Source of the DNA: Macrostomum lignano
Taxonomy: Eukaryota
Length of the DNA stretch: 64,000 bases
Reading direction: 5' to 3'
Assembly (NCBI GenBank): GCA_002269645.1
Contig: NIVC01001302.1
Span: forward strand, 1-64,000
Positions within the stretch are counted from its first letter, which is position 1. Each line of letters begins with the position of its first letter. Below, piece by piece: positions 47,973 to 61,250 of this stretch. The notes beneath the pieces were generated by a model. That model saw only the letters and a program-made list of their open reading frames with translations. It made no database searches and was not told the origin of the DNA. The position numbers and the translations under genes were made by a program.

Positions 47973-50763
47973 CTACTTTTGCTCGCTTCTTTCGTTGTCG
48001 AGCTGACGCGGCTTGGTCGCTGCGGGGCTGCTCTTTGCCTCGCCTCGGTACCGCTGGTCGTATTCTCGCTGCCGCTGCCGCATGGCTGCTCCCGCGGCCG
48101 CCGTCCGCTGCTGCTGTCTCGGCGATTCCGAACCGTTGGTTGGTGCTGGTTGCTGCTCCTGCTGCTGAGGCTTGTCCTTGATCGCGTCAGACTGTTGCGA
48201 GACCAGCCGGAGTCTGGGTCGGTTACTTTCAACCTCCAGCCATGGCAGGCGCTCGTGGTACACCTGCGGCGGTGTCCGGACATGTGCAGGAGAGCTTCTG
48301 GGAGCCTGGTCCCTACTGACTCGCCTGACATACCACTGGCTCACCTGACAAACCACTGTATCACCTGACATACCACTGGCTCACCTGACATACCACTGTA
48401 TCACCTGACATACCACTGGCTCACCTGACAAACCACTGTATCACCTGACATACCACTGGCTCACCTGACATACCACTGTATCACCTGACATGCCACTGGC
48501 TCACCTGACATACCACTGTATTACCTGACATACCACTGTATTACCTGACATGCCACTGGCTCACCTGACATACCACTGTATTACCTGACATGCCACTGGC
48601 TCACCTGACATACCACTGTATTACCTGACATGCCACTGGCTCACCTGACATACCACTGTATCACCTGACATACCACTGTATTACCTGACATGCCACTGGC
48701 TCACCTGACATACCACTGTATTACCTGACATGCCACTGGCTCACCTGACACCCATTGGCTCACCTGAGACCCAAGTGACTCGCCTGACCCAGTGGCTCAC
48801 CTGACATACCACTGTATTACCTGACATGCCACTGGCTCACCTGACATACCACTGTATCACCTGACATACCACTGTATTACCTGACATGCCACTGGCTCAC
48901 CTGACATACCACTGTATTACCTGACATACCACTGGCTCACCTGACATACCACTGTATTACCTGACATGCCACTGGCTCACCTGACACCCATTGGCTCACC
49001 TGAGACCCAAGTGACTCGCCTGACCCAGTGACTCGCCTGACATACCACTGTATTACCTGACATATCACTGGCTCACCTGACATCCCACTGGCTCACCTGT
49101 CAGAAAAATACACTCGTGAACGCTTTCAATGTGTCACGTCTTGTATGGTTGTGAGTATACTTAAGCCATAGGTGGCACCAGTGACCTACCACCTAACCAA
49201 ACTGAACTCATTAATATGATCTGCAATTACCTTAATCTCGTTCCGCTTCGGCTCGTAGTCTTTGTTCTCCATCGTGTTTAACCTCGGCGTGGCCTTCTCC
49301 GAGAAATTCACACGTTCTTTGAAGATCTAAAAGAAATTGTGTCATTTCTGTCAGAGTTTTGCTTTTCAAAATTTCCAGCCGCGTGGTATTTTAGCGTTAC
49401 TAAAAGTACTATATAGTAGATATATATACTATAAAATTATGTATGAATATGGCTATGTGAGCTTTTTATAAGCGATTAATGTGCAGATGCCAGCTGAATT
49501 GAAGTCGACCGCTGGGTATAAAAGGACGCGGTGAACTTCAAAACCACAATATCTTTGTAGTACTTTAGACGACCTCGCGGGCAACGAATATTCTGTTAGC
49601 GTGGCAATTCAAGCTACGATATGAGCTGGCAGGCGGCATATTGAGATATGAGCCTGTGGCCGGAAATTAAGGAGCATGCATTTGTCGTATCTCTTGTACT
49701 TTTACTCGGATTATGCTATGGAGAACGCACAGCGCTGCATGGGGTTTTGCCATAGACTAATTCGGTCTATTAAAATTTCTATTCCGATCCTAACCTACTT
49801 GTAAATGTACCTCCTCCCTACCCTACCCTGACTACCTACCATGCCCACCCTACCCTCCCTACATACGAGTACATGTACCATGCCCTACCCTACTTACCCT
49901 ACCTACCATACATTCCCTACCCTACCTACCTTCCCTACCTTATCTATTCCCTACCCTACCTACCATACCTTCCCTACCTACCCTGTCCTACCCTCCATAC
50001 CTACCCTGCCCTACCCTACCCTCCCTACCTACTACGCCCTACCCTAGCCTATTCTACTTTCCCCAACACTACCCTCCATACCCTACCCTACTCTCCCTAC
50101 CCTACCTTACTCTACCATCCCTACCCTTGCCTACTCCCCCAAACACTACCCTCCCTACTCTACCCTACTCTATCCTCCAAACACTACCTCCCTACCCTAA
50201 CCTCCCTACCCTAGTCTAACCCTACCCCACCCTAGTCTAACCCTATCCCTACCCTAGTCTTACCCTGTCCCTATACCCTTACCCTTACTTAAACCCTTGT
50301 AGTTTTAATCGACATTCAAAATAGAAAAATCAAATTGCGTGTTAAAAACGGAAAAATTCTTATCCGTTGTTTTACTAAATAATCGGGCGTGTTACAACCA
50401 GCGCCCTTTGTTTGCACTCGACTGAGCGATGTGATTCATATATATATTAATTATTCTCACCCTGACTTTAGACGTTTTTGGCCGGTAATTAATATTTTCT
50501 CGGGTATTGATTGCGGGCAGATTTGTCCACCGAAGTCTTTGGTGGTAAATGCACTGTGACAATTCGTGTGTAGCTCGTGTATGCAGTTTAGTACTTACAT
50601 GTATATAAATATCATGCTAACTGTTATGCCCTAACTGAGAACACGTAGGGATTGCTAATCTATTCTTCCGATTGTTGTGCTTCACTGAGGAAACTGAGAT
50701 TTCATTTTACTTATTGACTTAACAGATTAGCATTGTGCATGTAAATGTACGGGTCTGATGTAG

Positions 50764-50852
<89 letters not shown>

Positions 50853-50895
50853 TTCTGTCTGTCTTTCTGTCTGTCTGTCTGTCTGTCTGTCTTGG

Positions 50896-50952
<57 letters not shown>

Positions 50953-52574
50953 TAGTGTCTGTCTGTCTGTCTGTCTTAGTGTCTGTCTGTCTGTCTGTCT
51001 TAGTGTCTGTCTGTCAGTCAGTCTTAGTGTCTGTCTGCCTGTCTGTCTGTCTGTCTGTCTGTCTGTCTCAGAGGGGGCTTAACACTATTCTAACTGAATT
51101 AGAAGGTCACCTGAACCTGCGGACCCACACGTGCATGAAGTCTAAAGTGCAGCGCTAATCTTGTTCACTGCAAATTCAGCTAAGTGAGGAAGTCATAAAG
51201 AATAATTCTCTAATTAATTAATTAATAATGCACTTTTCTGTCGCCTCCGCTTGGTCTGTGCCGCAAATTCTCAAGCGACCCGATCCGCGAAGTCACGCTC
51301 CAGGTGAACCGCTGTTGGAACACCTGATGCAGATTAATAATTAGTGCTGGCTGTTAGTGAGAAAAAATATTTTGAATTGCAAATATAGTTCTGTGCCTTT
51401 AGTTAGCCATGCAAACTGTTAAACTTTCAGTTGAGCTTCAAACAGTTAACGCAACTACTGTTAATCTGAAGGACAGATTGTGTGTATTAAACAATTGAAA
51501 AACAACAAAGCTGTAAGACTGAACCTTCTTGGTTCCTCCGCCTGGTTGGTAGTCCTTGTTACTCATGGTTTCCACCTTTGGCTTGGCGTTCTTGGAAAAG
51601 TCCAACTTCTCTTTGAATATCTTTCGGTTACCGCCGCCTATTAATAATTTTGAGAGATGGTTTTTCTCTGAAATAGTCTGGAAAGTGCCTGGGTTAATAA
51701 ATCTTCTATCAGCGCACTTACTGGGCTTGTATTCCTGATTGAGCGTGTCGACCTTTGGTGGAATTTCCTTTCCTTGTTCAGCTTGCCCTGCGGTGTCGGG
51801 TGAAAAAGTTTAAAATTGTTATATACCACCTCACCCACCACCCCATTGACCTCACTCTTCACACCATTTATTTCACCCACCACCCCACTGATGTCACCCA
51901 CCACCCCACTGACTTCACCCACCACCCCATTGACTTTTACACCCACCAACCACTGACTTCACCCACCACCCCATTGACTTCTACATCCACCACCCACTGA
52001 CTTCACCCACCACCCCACTGACTTCACCCACCACCCCACTGACTTCACCCACCACCCCACTGACTTCACCCACCACCCCACTGACTTCACCCACCACCCC
52101 ATTGACTTCATCCACCACCCCACTGACTTCACCCACCACCCCATTGACTTCACTCTTCACACCATTTATTTCACCCACCAACCAACTGACTTCACCCACC
52201 ACCCCACTGACTTCACCCACCACCCCACAGACTTCACCCACCACCCCACTGGCTTCACTCACCACCCCACAGACTTCATCCACCACCCCACAGACTTCAC
52301 CCACCACCCCACTGGCTTCACTCACCACCCCACAGACTTCATCCACCACCCCACTGACTTCTACCCACCACCCCACTGACTTCATCCACCACCCCACTGA
52401 CTTCACCCACCACCCCACTGACTTCACCCACCACCCCACTGACTCACAGTCAGGCGGCAGCCCAATGCGTTTCCTCTGCCTGCTGACATCATTGGCGCCG
52501 CCTCCGCCGCCTCCGCCGCCTCCGCCACCTCCGCCGCCTCCGCCACCGTCGTTTCTCTGTTCAGTTGAGGCCAT
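47973..52574 (-). CDS. Tau/MAP2/MAP4-family microtubule-binding repeat protein (291 aa)
   Basis: Exons (minus) 52574-52448, 51787-51722, 51637-51525, 51323-51234, 50553-50461, 49326-49231, 48263-47973 join in frame. One canonical-like repeat ([21 protein letters not shown]) and four divergent ones (e.g. [21 protein letters not shown]). Start context GCCATGG. Confidence 0.8.
48330..49097. repeat. 20-bp minisatellite (CTCACCTGACATACCACTG[G/T])n
   Basis: Last intron of the Tau-like gene. Confidence 0.95.
49815..50290. repeat. Degenerate (CCTAC)n low-complexity repeat
   Basis: Tau-like intron 5. Confidence 0.88.
50765..51068. repeat. (GTCT)n microsatellite
   Basis: Tau-like intron 4. Confidence 0.96.
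51830..52447. repeat. 21-bp minisatellite (CACCCCACTGACTTCACCCAC)n
   Basis: Tau-like intron 1, starting at the donor. Confidence 0.94.
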
Positions 52575-53230
52575 GGCTCCCTACCAAAGCAGTGCAAACT
52601 TCTATTGAGTGCAGCTCTGATTGCAACACGATATTATTAGCTCTGCTAATGAGCTGTATGCAGCACAGAAACAGCTCGAAACTTATAATACCGCCCGAAT
52701 AGCGGTACTGGGCTTTTGTGCAGAGCAAGAAGAAAAAAAGCACCTGAGAACGGAGTGAAGACCAGTTTTTTTGAGATGAAGCACTATAGAGACATTATTT
52801 AAAAAGCCTGTGCTGGCCTTGTCTGTGTACAATTGTGCTTAGTGATGCTGCGTACACACTGGACTGCCTCTCTATCCGAGCAAGAGTAAAACTGATGCTC
52901 TATACTTGTGAGAAAGATTTTGAAACGGAGAAGGAGAGGCAGAGCGAGGCACCATGGCGACAGGTGCTCTTTCTTTTACCTTTCGAGTCTGTCTTACCTG
53001 CCTGTAGCCACTCTGCCTGTTGCAGTCTGTTAATAAAAGTGTGTGCGGTCCTTCAATGTTAAAAAGAAACAGAAGCCAACTCAATGCGCTGTTAAGTGGC
53101 TCGGAATTGTTGTAAATACATCATAAAAGTTATTAATTGAAGTTTACTATAGAATTTAATGCCGTAGTTGCTACTGGTAGATAACCGCGTCAGTAGTATG
53201 ATGGATTTTTAGCTTAAAGTAAGAAAGTTA

Positions 53231-54175
<945 letters not shown>

Positions 54176-54789
54176 ATGTATCTACACTGTCTGTCTATCT
54201 ATCTACATGTATCTACACTGTCTGTCTATCTATCTACATGTATCTACACTGTCTGTCTATCTATCTTCATGTATTACAAAATGCACTTTCTAAACCACTA
54301 TTGCACTTTAGTTAGAGCCATAAACGCACTCTAAACCATGGTCAGTATCAATCCTAACTGGTATTCTGCGAATTTCTTCACTAGATTTACTGTTTCGAGG
54401 GCCTACTCGCACAGGAGCTGACTGAACCGATAAGATTAATGGCAAGCATGTCAAGTGGAAGTTTCCGTGCTCCCATGACTAGCTTTATAATAAATGCTTT
54501 ATTAAGCTAAGGAATGCAATGGGGACTGGGCTGCATGCAGCACGATAGTGTGGAGTCTGCACTTTACTGTGAATATTACAAATTGTAAATTATTTAGTTA
54601 TCACCGTAGCTGCATATTTCGAACTCCAACACACGAATCTGTCAGTGTCAAGAGTCATACGACCCAGCCTCCTCTACACTGCCTCCCCTCTGTTTAAAAG
54701 TACATTGATTTAGATTTATGACCCACTAATGACCATGACAAGCACTGCTGTCTGCAGATCATCCACACCAGGTTGTAGGTCATAGAGAT

Positions 54790-55665
54790 CCATCTAAAAC
54801 CGGTCAAGGAGATCCATCTAAAACCCGCCATAGCGGTTGATAAAAAGCCGGTCATAAAGGCCGATCTAAGCCGGTCATAAAGGCCGATCTAAAACCGGTC
54901 ATAGAGGCCGATCTAAAACAGGTCATAGAGGCCGATCTAAAACCGGTCATAAAGGCCGACCTAAAACCGGTCATAGAGGCCGATCTAAAACCGGTCATAG
55001 AGGCCGATCTAAAACAGGTCATAGAGGCCGATCTAAAACAGGTCATAAAGGCCGATCTAAAACCGGTCATAAAGGCCGATCTAAAGCTGGTCATAGAGGC
55101 CGATCTAAAACCGGTCATAGAGGCCGATCTAAAACCGGTCATAGAGGCCGATCTAAAACCGGTCATAAAGGCCGATCTAAAACCGGTCATAAAGGCCGAC
55201 CTAAAACCGGTCATAGAGGCCGATCTAAAACCGGTCATAGAGGCCGATCTAAAACAGGTCATAGAGGCCGATCTAAAACAGGTCATAAAGGCCGATCTAA
55301 AACCGGTCATAAAGGCCGATCTAAAGCTGGTCATAGAGGCCGATCTAAAACCGGTCATAGAGGCCGATCTAAAACCGGTCATAGAGGCCGATCTAAAACC
55401 GGTCATAAAGGCCGATCTAAAACCGGTCATAAAGGCCGATCTAAAGCTGGTCATAGAGGCCGATCTAAAACCGGTCATAGAGGCCGATCTAAAACAGGTC
55501 ATAAAGGCCGATCTAAAACCGGTCATAGAGGCTGATCTAAAACAGGTCATAAAGGCCGATCTAAAACCGGTCATTGAGGCCGATCTAAAACAGGTCATAA
55601 AGGCGGATTTAAAACAGGTCATAAAGGCCGATCTAAAACCGGTCATAGGGGTCGATCTAAAACCG
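54790..55665. repeat. 24-bp minisatellite (CCGGTCATAGAGGCCGATCTAAAA)n
   Basis: About 36 copies. Confidence 0.96.
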
Positions 55666-56449
55666 TCATGCTAACGTAACGGAGTTCATTGCGGAGTCAT
55701 AGAGTTGGCGTGTTTTTAATGGGGCTCACTCTGCACTGCATTGAAAGAGCCAGAAAAGTGCATTGTTGCTTAAACACAGCCAGACATCGCGAACTGCTCA
55801 AAAATGAAGTCAACAGTGGAGCAGCCAGTCAAAACAGACTCATCTCACGGCTTATCCAAAATAGATTCCCTGTTGACATACTTTGTACGCTCGTAGGCAG
55901 ACAGAAACAGGTTGGCTAAAAGCTGCAATTAACGGTTAGGCTCAGGTGCAAAGCAGAGTCTGGGTCTGCCTTCTGCTTTCGCAGTTCAATATTTTTCAGA
56001 ACCTCCCAACCTCTGCAGACAGACATCTGGAATCAGACATTTCTTCATCAGTGTTTCTTCCTCGTCTCTTTCAGGTGCTATTATCCAAGAAAAAATTCTG
56101 ACTGCAGTCTGCTGCTGTCTGGGGTGTCAGGATTTGTCAGGGCTGACGTACCCGTAAAAGTACGTCTGGGACCCCCGCAGCCGGCTTATGGCTTATGGAG
56201 AGAGGAGGCAAGCATGGGAAGAGAAACAGGGCAGTCCCGTGCTGAGCCGAACTCGGCTGCATGAAGAGGCACTTCCGGCCCCGCAGCGAGTCCTTCTCCA
56301 TAGCGGCCTCAACTAAAGCCCCAGTGTATGCGCATGACATCAGATTTTCAATTTCTAGTGTCAAAGCAAAAGATGGGAATCAACTGCGCACTTTTACGGC
56401 GTAATTTATGCGTTTCGCGAATACAGTAAATGCTGGCAGAGAGTCAAAT

Positions 56450-57600
56450 AGAGAGAGAGAGAGAGAGTCAAATAGAGAGTCAGATAGAAAGAGAGAGAGA
56501 GTCAGATAGATAGAGAGAGAGAGTCAGATAGATAGAGAGAGAGTCAAATAGAGAGTCAGATAGATAGAGAGAAAGAGTCAGATAGAGAGAGACAGGTAGA
56601 GAGAGAGTCAGGTAGAGAGAGACAGGTAGAGAGAGAGAGATTCAGATAGAGAGAGTCAGGTAAAGAGAGACAGGTAGAGAGAGAGAGTCAGGTAGAGAGA
56701 GTCAGGTAGAGAGAGAGTCAGGTAGAGAGAGTCAGGTAGAGAGAGAGTCAGGTAGAGAGAGTCAGGTAGAGAGAGAGTCAGGTAGAGAGAGAGTCAGGTA
56801 GAGAGAGAGTCAGGTAGAGAGAGAGTCAGGTAGAGAGAGTCAGGTAGAGAGTGACAGGTAGAGAGAGAGTCAGGTAGAGAGAGACAGGTAGAGAGAGAGT
56901 CAGGTAGAGAGAATCAGGTAGAGAGAGAGTCAGGTAGAGAGAGTCAGGTAGAGAGAGAGTCAGGTAGAGAGAGACAGGTAGAGAGAGTCAGGTAGAGAGA
57001 GAGAGTCAGATAGGGAGAGACAGGTAGAGAGAGAGTCAGGTAGAGAGAGTCAGGTAGAGAGTGACAGGTAGAGAGAGTCAGGTAGAGAGAAAGAGTCAGA
57101 TAGGGAGAGACAGGTAGAGAGAGAGTCAGGTAGAGAGAGTCAGGTAGAGAGAGAGTCAGGTAGAGAGAGTCAGGTAGAGAGAGTCAGGTAGAGAGAAAGA
57201 GTCAGATAGGGAGAGACAGGTAGAGAGAGAGTCAGGTAGAGAGAGTCAGGTAGAGAGTGACAGGTAGAGAGAGAGTCAGGTAGAGAGAGACAGGTAGAGA
57301 GAGAGTGTCAGGTAGAGAGAGTCAGATAGAGAGAGACAGGTAGAGAGAGAGAGTCAGGTAGAGAGAGACAGGTAGAGAGAGTCAGGTAGAGAGAGACAGG
57401 TAGAGAGAGAGTCAGGTAGAGAGAGACAGGTAGAGAGAGAGAGTCAGGTAGAGAGAGTCAGGTAGAGAGAGAGTCAGGTAGAGAGAGACAGGTAGAGAGA
57501 GAGAGTCAGGTAGAGAGAGTCAGGTAGAGAGAGACAGGTAGAGAGAGAGAGTCAGGTAGAGAGAGTCAGGTAGAGAGAGAGGCAGGTAGAGAGAGGGTGA
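56450..57600. repeat. Purine-rich minisatellite (GAGAGAGTCAGGTA core)
   Basis: Variable (GA)n spacing between CAGGTA motifs. Confidence 0.95.
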
Positions 57601-58014
57601 GAGGAATTTCCGTACACAGAGATTTGCCTAAAAAGCTCATCGGACGAAAAATTGATGAAGGCAACGCCCAATGCTAATCCTCCTAAATCCTCGTCAGCCT
57701 AAACAATTTTTTTCCAGGGCAATTTTCTTGTAGCAACCAGACAGAAAATTATTTTGATAATCCAGCGGATGGGGTAACTCGATAAGCTATCAGACGATAC
57801 CTTTTCTGGCGAGTCTGCGCCTCGTGTCGAGGGAGGCTTGATCGAAATCTCTTTGCACTTAGCTGCCAGTCAATGGCGGCTCCCACAAGATGTCCGCTTC
57901 AAAGCGAGATGGCTTTTTAAGCCAAAATAAAACACGACCACGAGCCTTTCAAAATAAAGAGTTGTAGGAAGAGAGGGAGAAAGAGGAGATTAAGGGAGAA
58001 GCGAGAAACGATAG

Positions 58015-58585
58015 AGAGAGCGGTGAAGAAAGCGAAGGAGATAGCGGAGGAGAGAGCGGAGGAGATAGTGGAGGAGATAGTGGAGGAGAGAGCGGAGGAG
58101 ATAGCGGAGGAGAGGGCGGAGGAGAGAGCGGAGGAGATAGCGGAGGAGAGAGCGGAGGAGAGAGCGGAGGAGATAGCGGAGGAGAGAGCGGAGGAGATAG
58201 CGGAGGAGAGAGCGGAGGAGATAGCGGAGGAGAGAGCGGAGGAGATAGCGGAGGAGAGAGCGGAGGAGAGAGCGGAGGAGATAGCGGAGGAGAGAGCGGA
58301 GGAGATATTGGAGGAGATAGCGGAGGAGAGAGCGGAGGAGAGAGCGGAGGAGATAGCGGAGGAGAGAGCGGAGGAGATAGCGGAGGAGAGAGCGGAGGAG
58401 AGAGCGGAGGAGAGAGCGGAGGAGAGAGCGGAGGAGAGAGCGGAGGAGAGAGCGGAGGAGAGAGCGGAGGAGAAAGCAGAGGAGAGAGCGGAGGAGAGAG
58501 AGGGGAGGAGGGCGGAGGAGAGAGGGGAGAGTGTGGTGGAGAGAGCGGAGGAGAGAGAGAGGGGAGGAGGGCGGAGGAGAGAGGG
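58015..58585. repeat. 12-bp purine-rich repeat (AGCGGAGGAGA[G/T])n
   Basis: Source of ORFs 57949-58676. Confidence 0.93.
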
Positions 58586-59114
58586 GAGAATTCTCTCTTT
58601 CGCAAGGGGTTGTCAAGAGCTGGAACAGATAAATAAGCCAGCATTCCCATAATTCAGGACCGCCCAGCACAGCCACACTAGCAAATTGTTGCTTGAGTTT
58701 CTGTCAGCAGTAGAAGCAAGGCAAACTGTCTGTTGCAGACGATTTCAAACTTCAGACAGTCTGTTTAGCTGTCTCCAGCCGGCTTAAACAAGCAATAAAA
58801 GTGCATTAGCACTGCTTATCTTATTTTTTCGTCTGGCCCGGAGAGAGAGGCAGTGGGCAGATATGGGATCTGCTGGCGTCAGCTTTGTGCGCGCATGAAG
58901 GGGCGATTATAAACGCTGGACGTCTGCAGAGCCTGAAATTGAGACTAAATTGGTTCGCTTGCACCAAAACAAATTTTTTTCACTGCGCGCAGCTGCGATG
59001 CCGCGTCTGATGCGAACTGCAATTTGTCCGAATAAATAGCTGCAGAAAAGCGAGGCTTAGTGCGAAGCTTAGCAGAAATGTTGAGGCTGTAGATAGTGGT
59101 TGTTAAAGTTCGAG

Positions 59115-60590
59115 AGAAGAGTGGGTCTTAGAGAGGGTAGAGAGTGGGTGTTAGAGAGGGTAGAGAGTGGGTGTTAGATAGGGTAGAGAGTGGGTGTTAG
59201 ATAGGGTAGAGAGTGGGTGTTAGAGAGGGTAGAGAGTGGGTGTTAGATAGGGTAGAGAGTGGGTGTTAGAGAGGGTAGAGAGTGGGTGTTAGAGAGGGTA
59301 GAGAGTGGGTGTTAGATAGGGTAGAGAGTGGGTGTTAGATAGGGTAGAGAGTGGGTGTTAGATAGGGTAGAGAGTGGGTGTTAGAGAGGGTAGAGAGTGG
59401 GTGTTAGATAGGGTAGAGTGGGTGTTAGAGAGGGTAGAGAGTGGGTGTTAGAGAGGGTAGAGAGTGGGTGTTAGAGAGGGTAGAGAGTGGGTGTTAGAGA
59501 GGGTAGAGAGTGGGTGTTAGATAGGGTAGAGAGTGGGTGTTAGAGAGGGTAGAGAGTGGGTCTTAGAGAGGGTAGAGAGTGGGTGTTAGATAGGGTAGAG
59601 AGTGGGTGTTAGAGAGGGTAGAGAGTGGGTGTTAGATAGGGTAGAGAGTGGGTGTCAGAGAGGGTAGAGAGTGGATGTTAGAGAGGGTAGAGAGTGGGTG
59701 TTAGAGAGGGTAAAGAGTGGGTGTTAGATAGGGTAGAGAGTGGGTGTCAGGGAGGGTAGAGAGTGGGTCTTAGAGAGGGTAGAGAGTGGGTCTTAGAGAG
59801 GGTAGAGAGTGGGTGTTAGATAGGGTAGAGAGTGGGTGTTAGAGAGGGTAGAGAGTGGGTGTTAGATAGGGTAGAGAGTGGGTGTCAGGGAGGGTAGAGA
59901 GTGGATGTTAGAGAGGGTAAAGAGTGGGTGTTAGATAGGGTAGAGAGTGGGTGTCAGGGAGGGTAGAGAGTGGGTCTTAGAGAGGGTAGAGAGTGGGTCT
60001 TAGAGAGGGTAGAGAGTGGGTGTTTGAGGGGGTAGAGAGTGGGTGTTAGAGAGGGTAGAGAGTGGGTGTTAGAGAGGGTAGAGTGGGTGTTAGATAGGGT
60101 AGAGAGTGGGTGTCAGGGAGTGTAGAGAGTGGATGTTAGAGAGGGTAGAGAGTGGGTGTTAGAGAGGGTAAAGAGTGGATTTTAGAGAGGGTAGAGAGTG
60201 GGTGTTAGATAGGGTAGAGAGTAGGTGTTATAGAGGGTAGAGAGTGGGTCTTAGAGAGGGTAGAGAGTGGGTGTTAGATAGGGTAGAGAGTGGGTGTTAG
60301 AGAGGGTAGAGAGTGGGTGTTAGAGAGGGTAGAGAGTGGGTGTTAGAGAGGGTAGAGAGTGGGTGTTTGAGGGGGTAGAGAGTGGGTGTTAGATAGGGTA
60401 GAGAGTGGGTGTCAGGAAGGATAGAGAGTGGGTGTTAGAGAGGGTAAAGAGTGAGTGTTAGAGAGGGTAAAGAGTGGGTGTTACAGAGGATAGGGAGTAT
60501 GTGTTACAGAGGATAGAGAATAGGTGTTAGAGAGAATAGAGAGTGAATGTTAGAGAGGGTAGGGAGTGGCTGTTAGAGAGGGAAGAGAGC
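59115..60590. repeat. 24-bp G-rich minisatellite (AGAGAGGGTAGAGAGTGGGTGTT + A)n
   Basis: About 60 copies. Confidence 0.96.
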
Positions 60591-60974
60591 AGATATTACA
60601 TTCAAGCTTTCAAATGAAAAAGTACATTTACAAGGATAGCTAAATGTGTCATTTCTGCAAGTTCACGATTTTCGCTAGGCGAGACAAAAGCAGAAGTCAA
60701 GGTAGAGAGACCAACACGCTTCAAATTTTACAGAGCTGTGCCAATAAAACTGCTACAATGCAGTATGCAAATATTTCTATAAATGCCGAAGTCGAGCTTC
60801 TTTGAAGAAGTGTTGTTTGCAGCACTGAACAAGGGCACAGCACTTTTATGACAAGCATTTTACTCTTAGCCTGAATCGCTCGATTGTCAGTGGCCTTGGA
60901 CAGCCTGGTTTGGCGGAGCGTGAGGAGCTGGGCTGACGAGTGCAAATGAGTTCAAATATGCTGGCTTTGAGACC

Positions 60975-61250
<276 letters not shown>

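Noticed and set aside
51105-51122. Possible 6-nt microexon (GTTCAG, Val-Gln) in the Tau-like gene
   Set aside because: Weak donor (GTGACC) and poor pyrimidine tract; chance occurrence is likely.
57949-58676. Glu/Arg-rich coiled-coil-like ORF (EEIAEERA)n and its antisense Pro/Ser ORFs
   Set aside because: Product of a 12-bp purine repeat; no splice or start context found.
59115-60590. Telomere-like G-rich repeat
   Set aside because: Unit is 24 bp and not a (TTAGGG)n tract; interstitial minisatellite.
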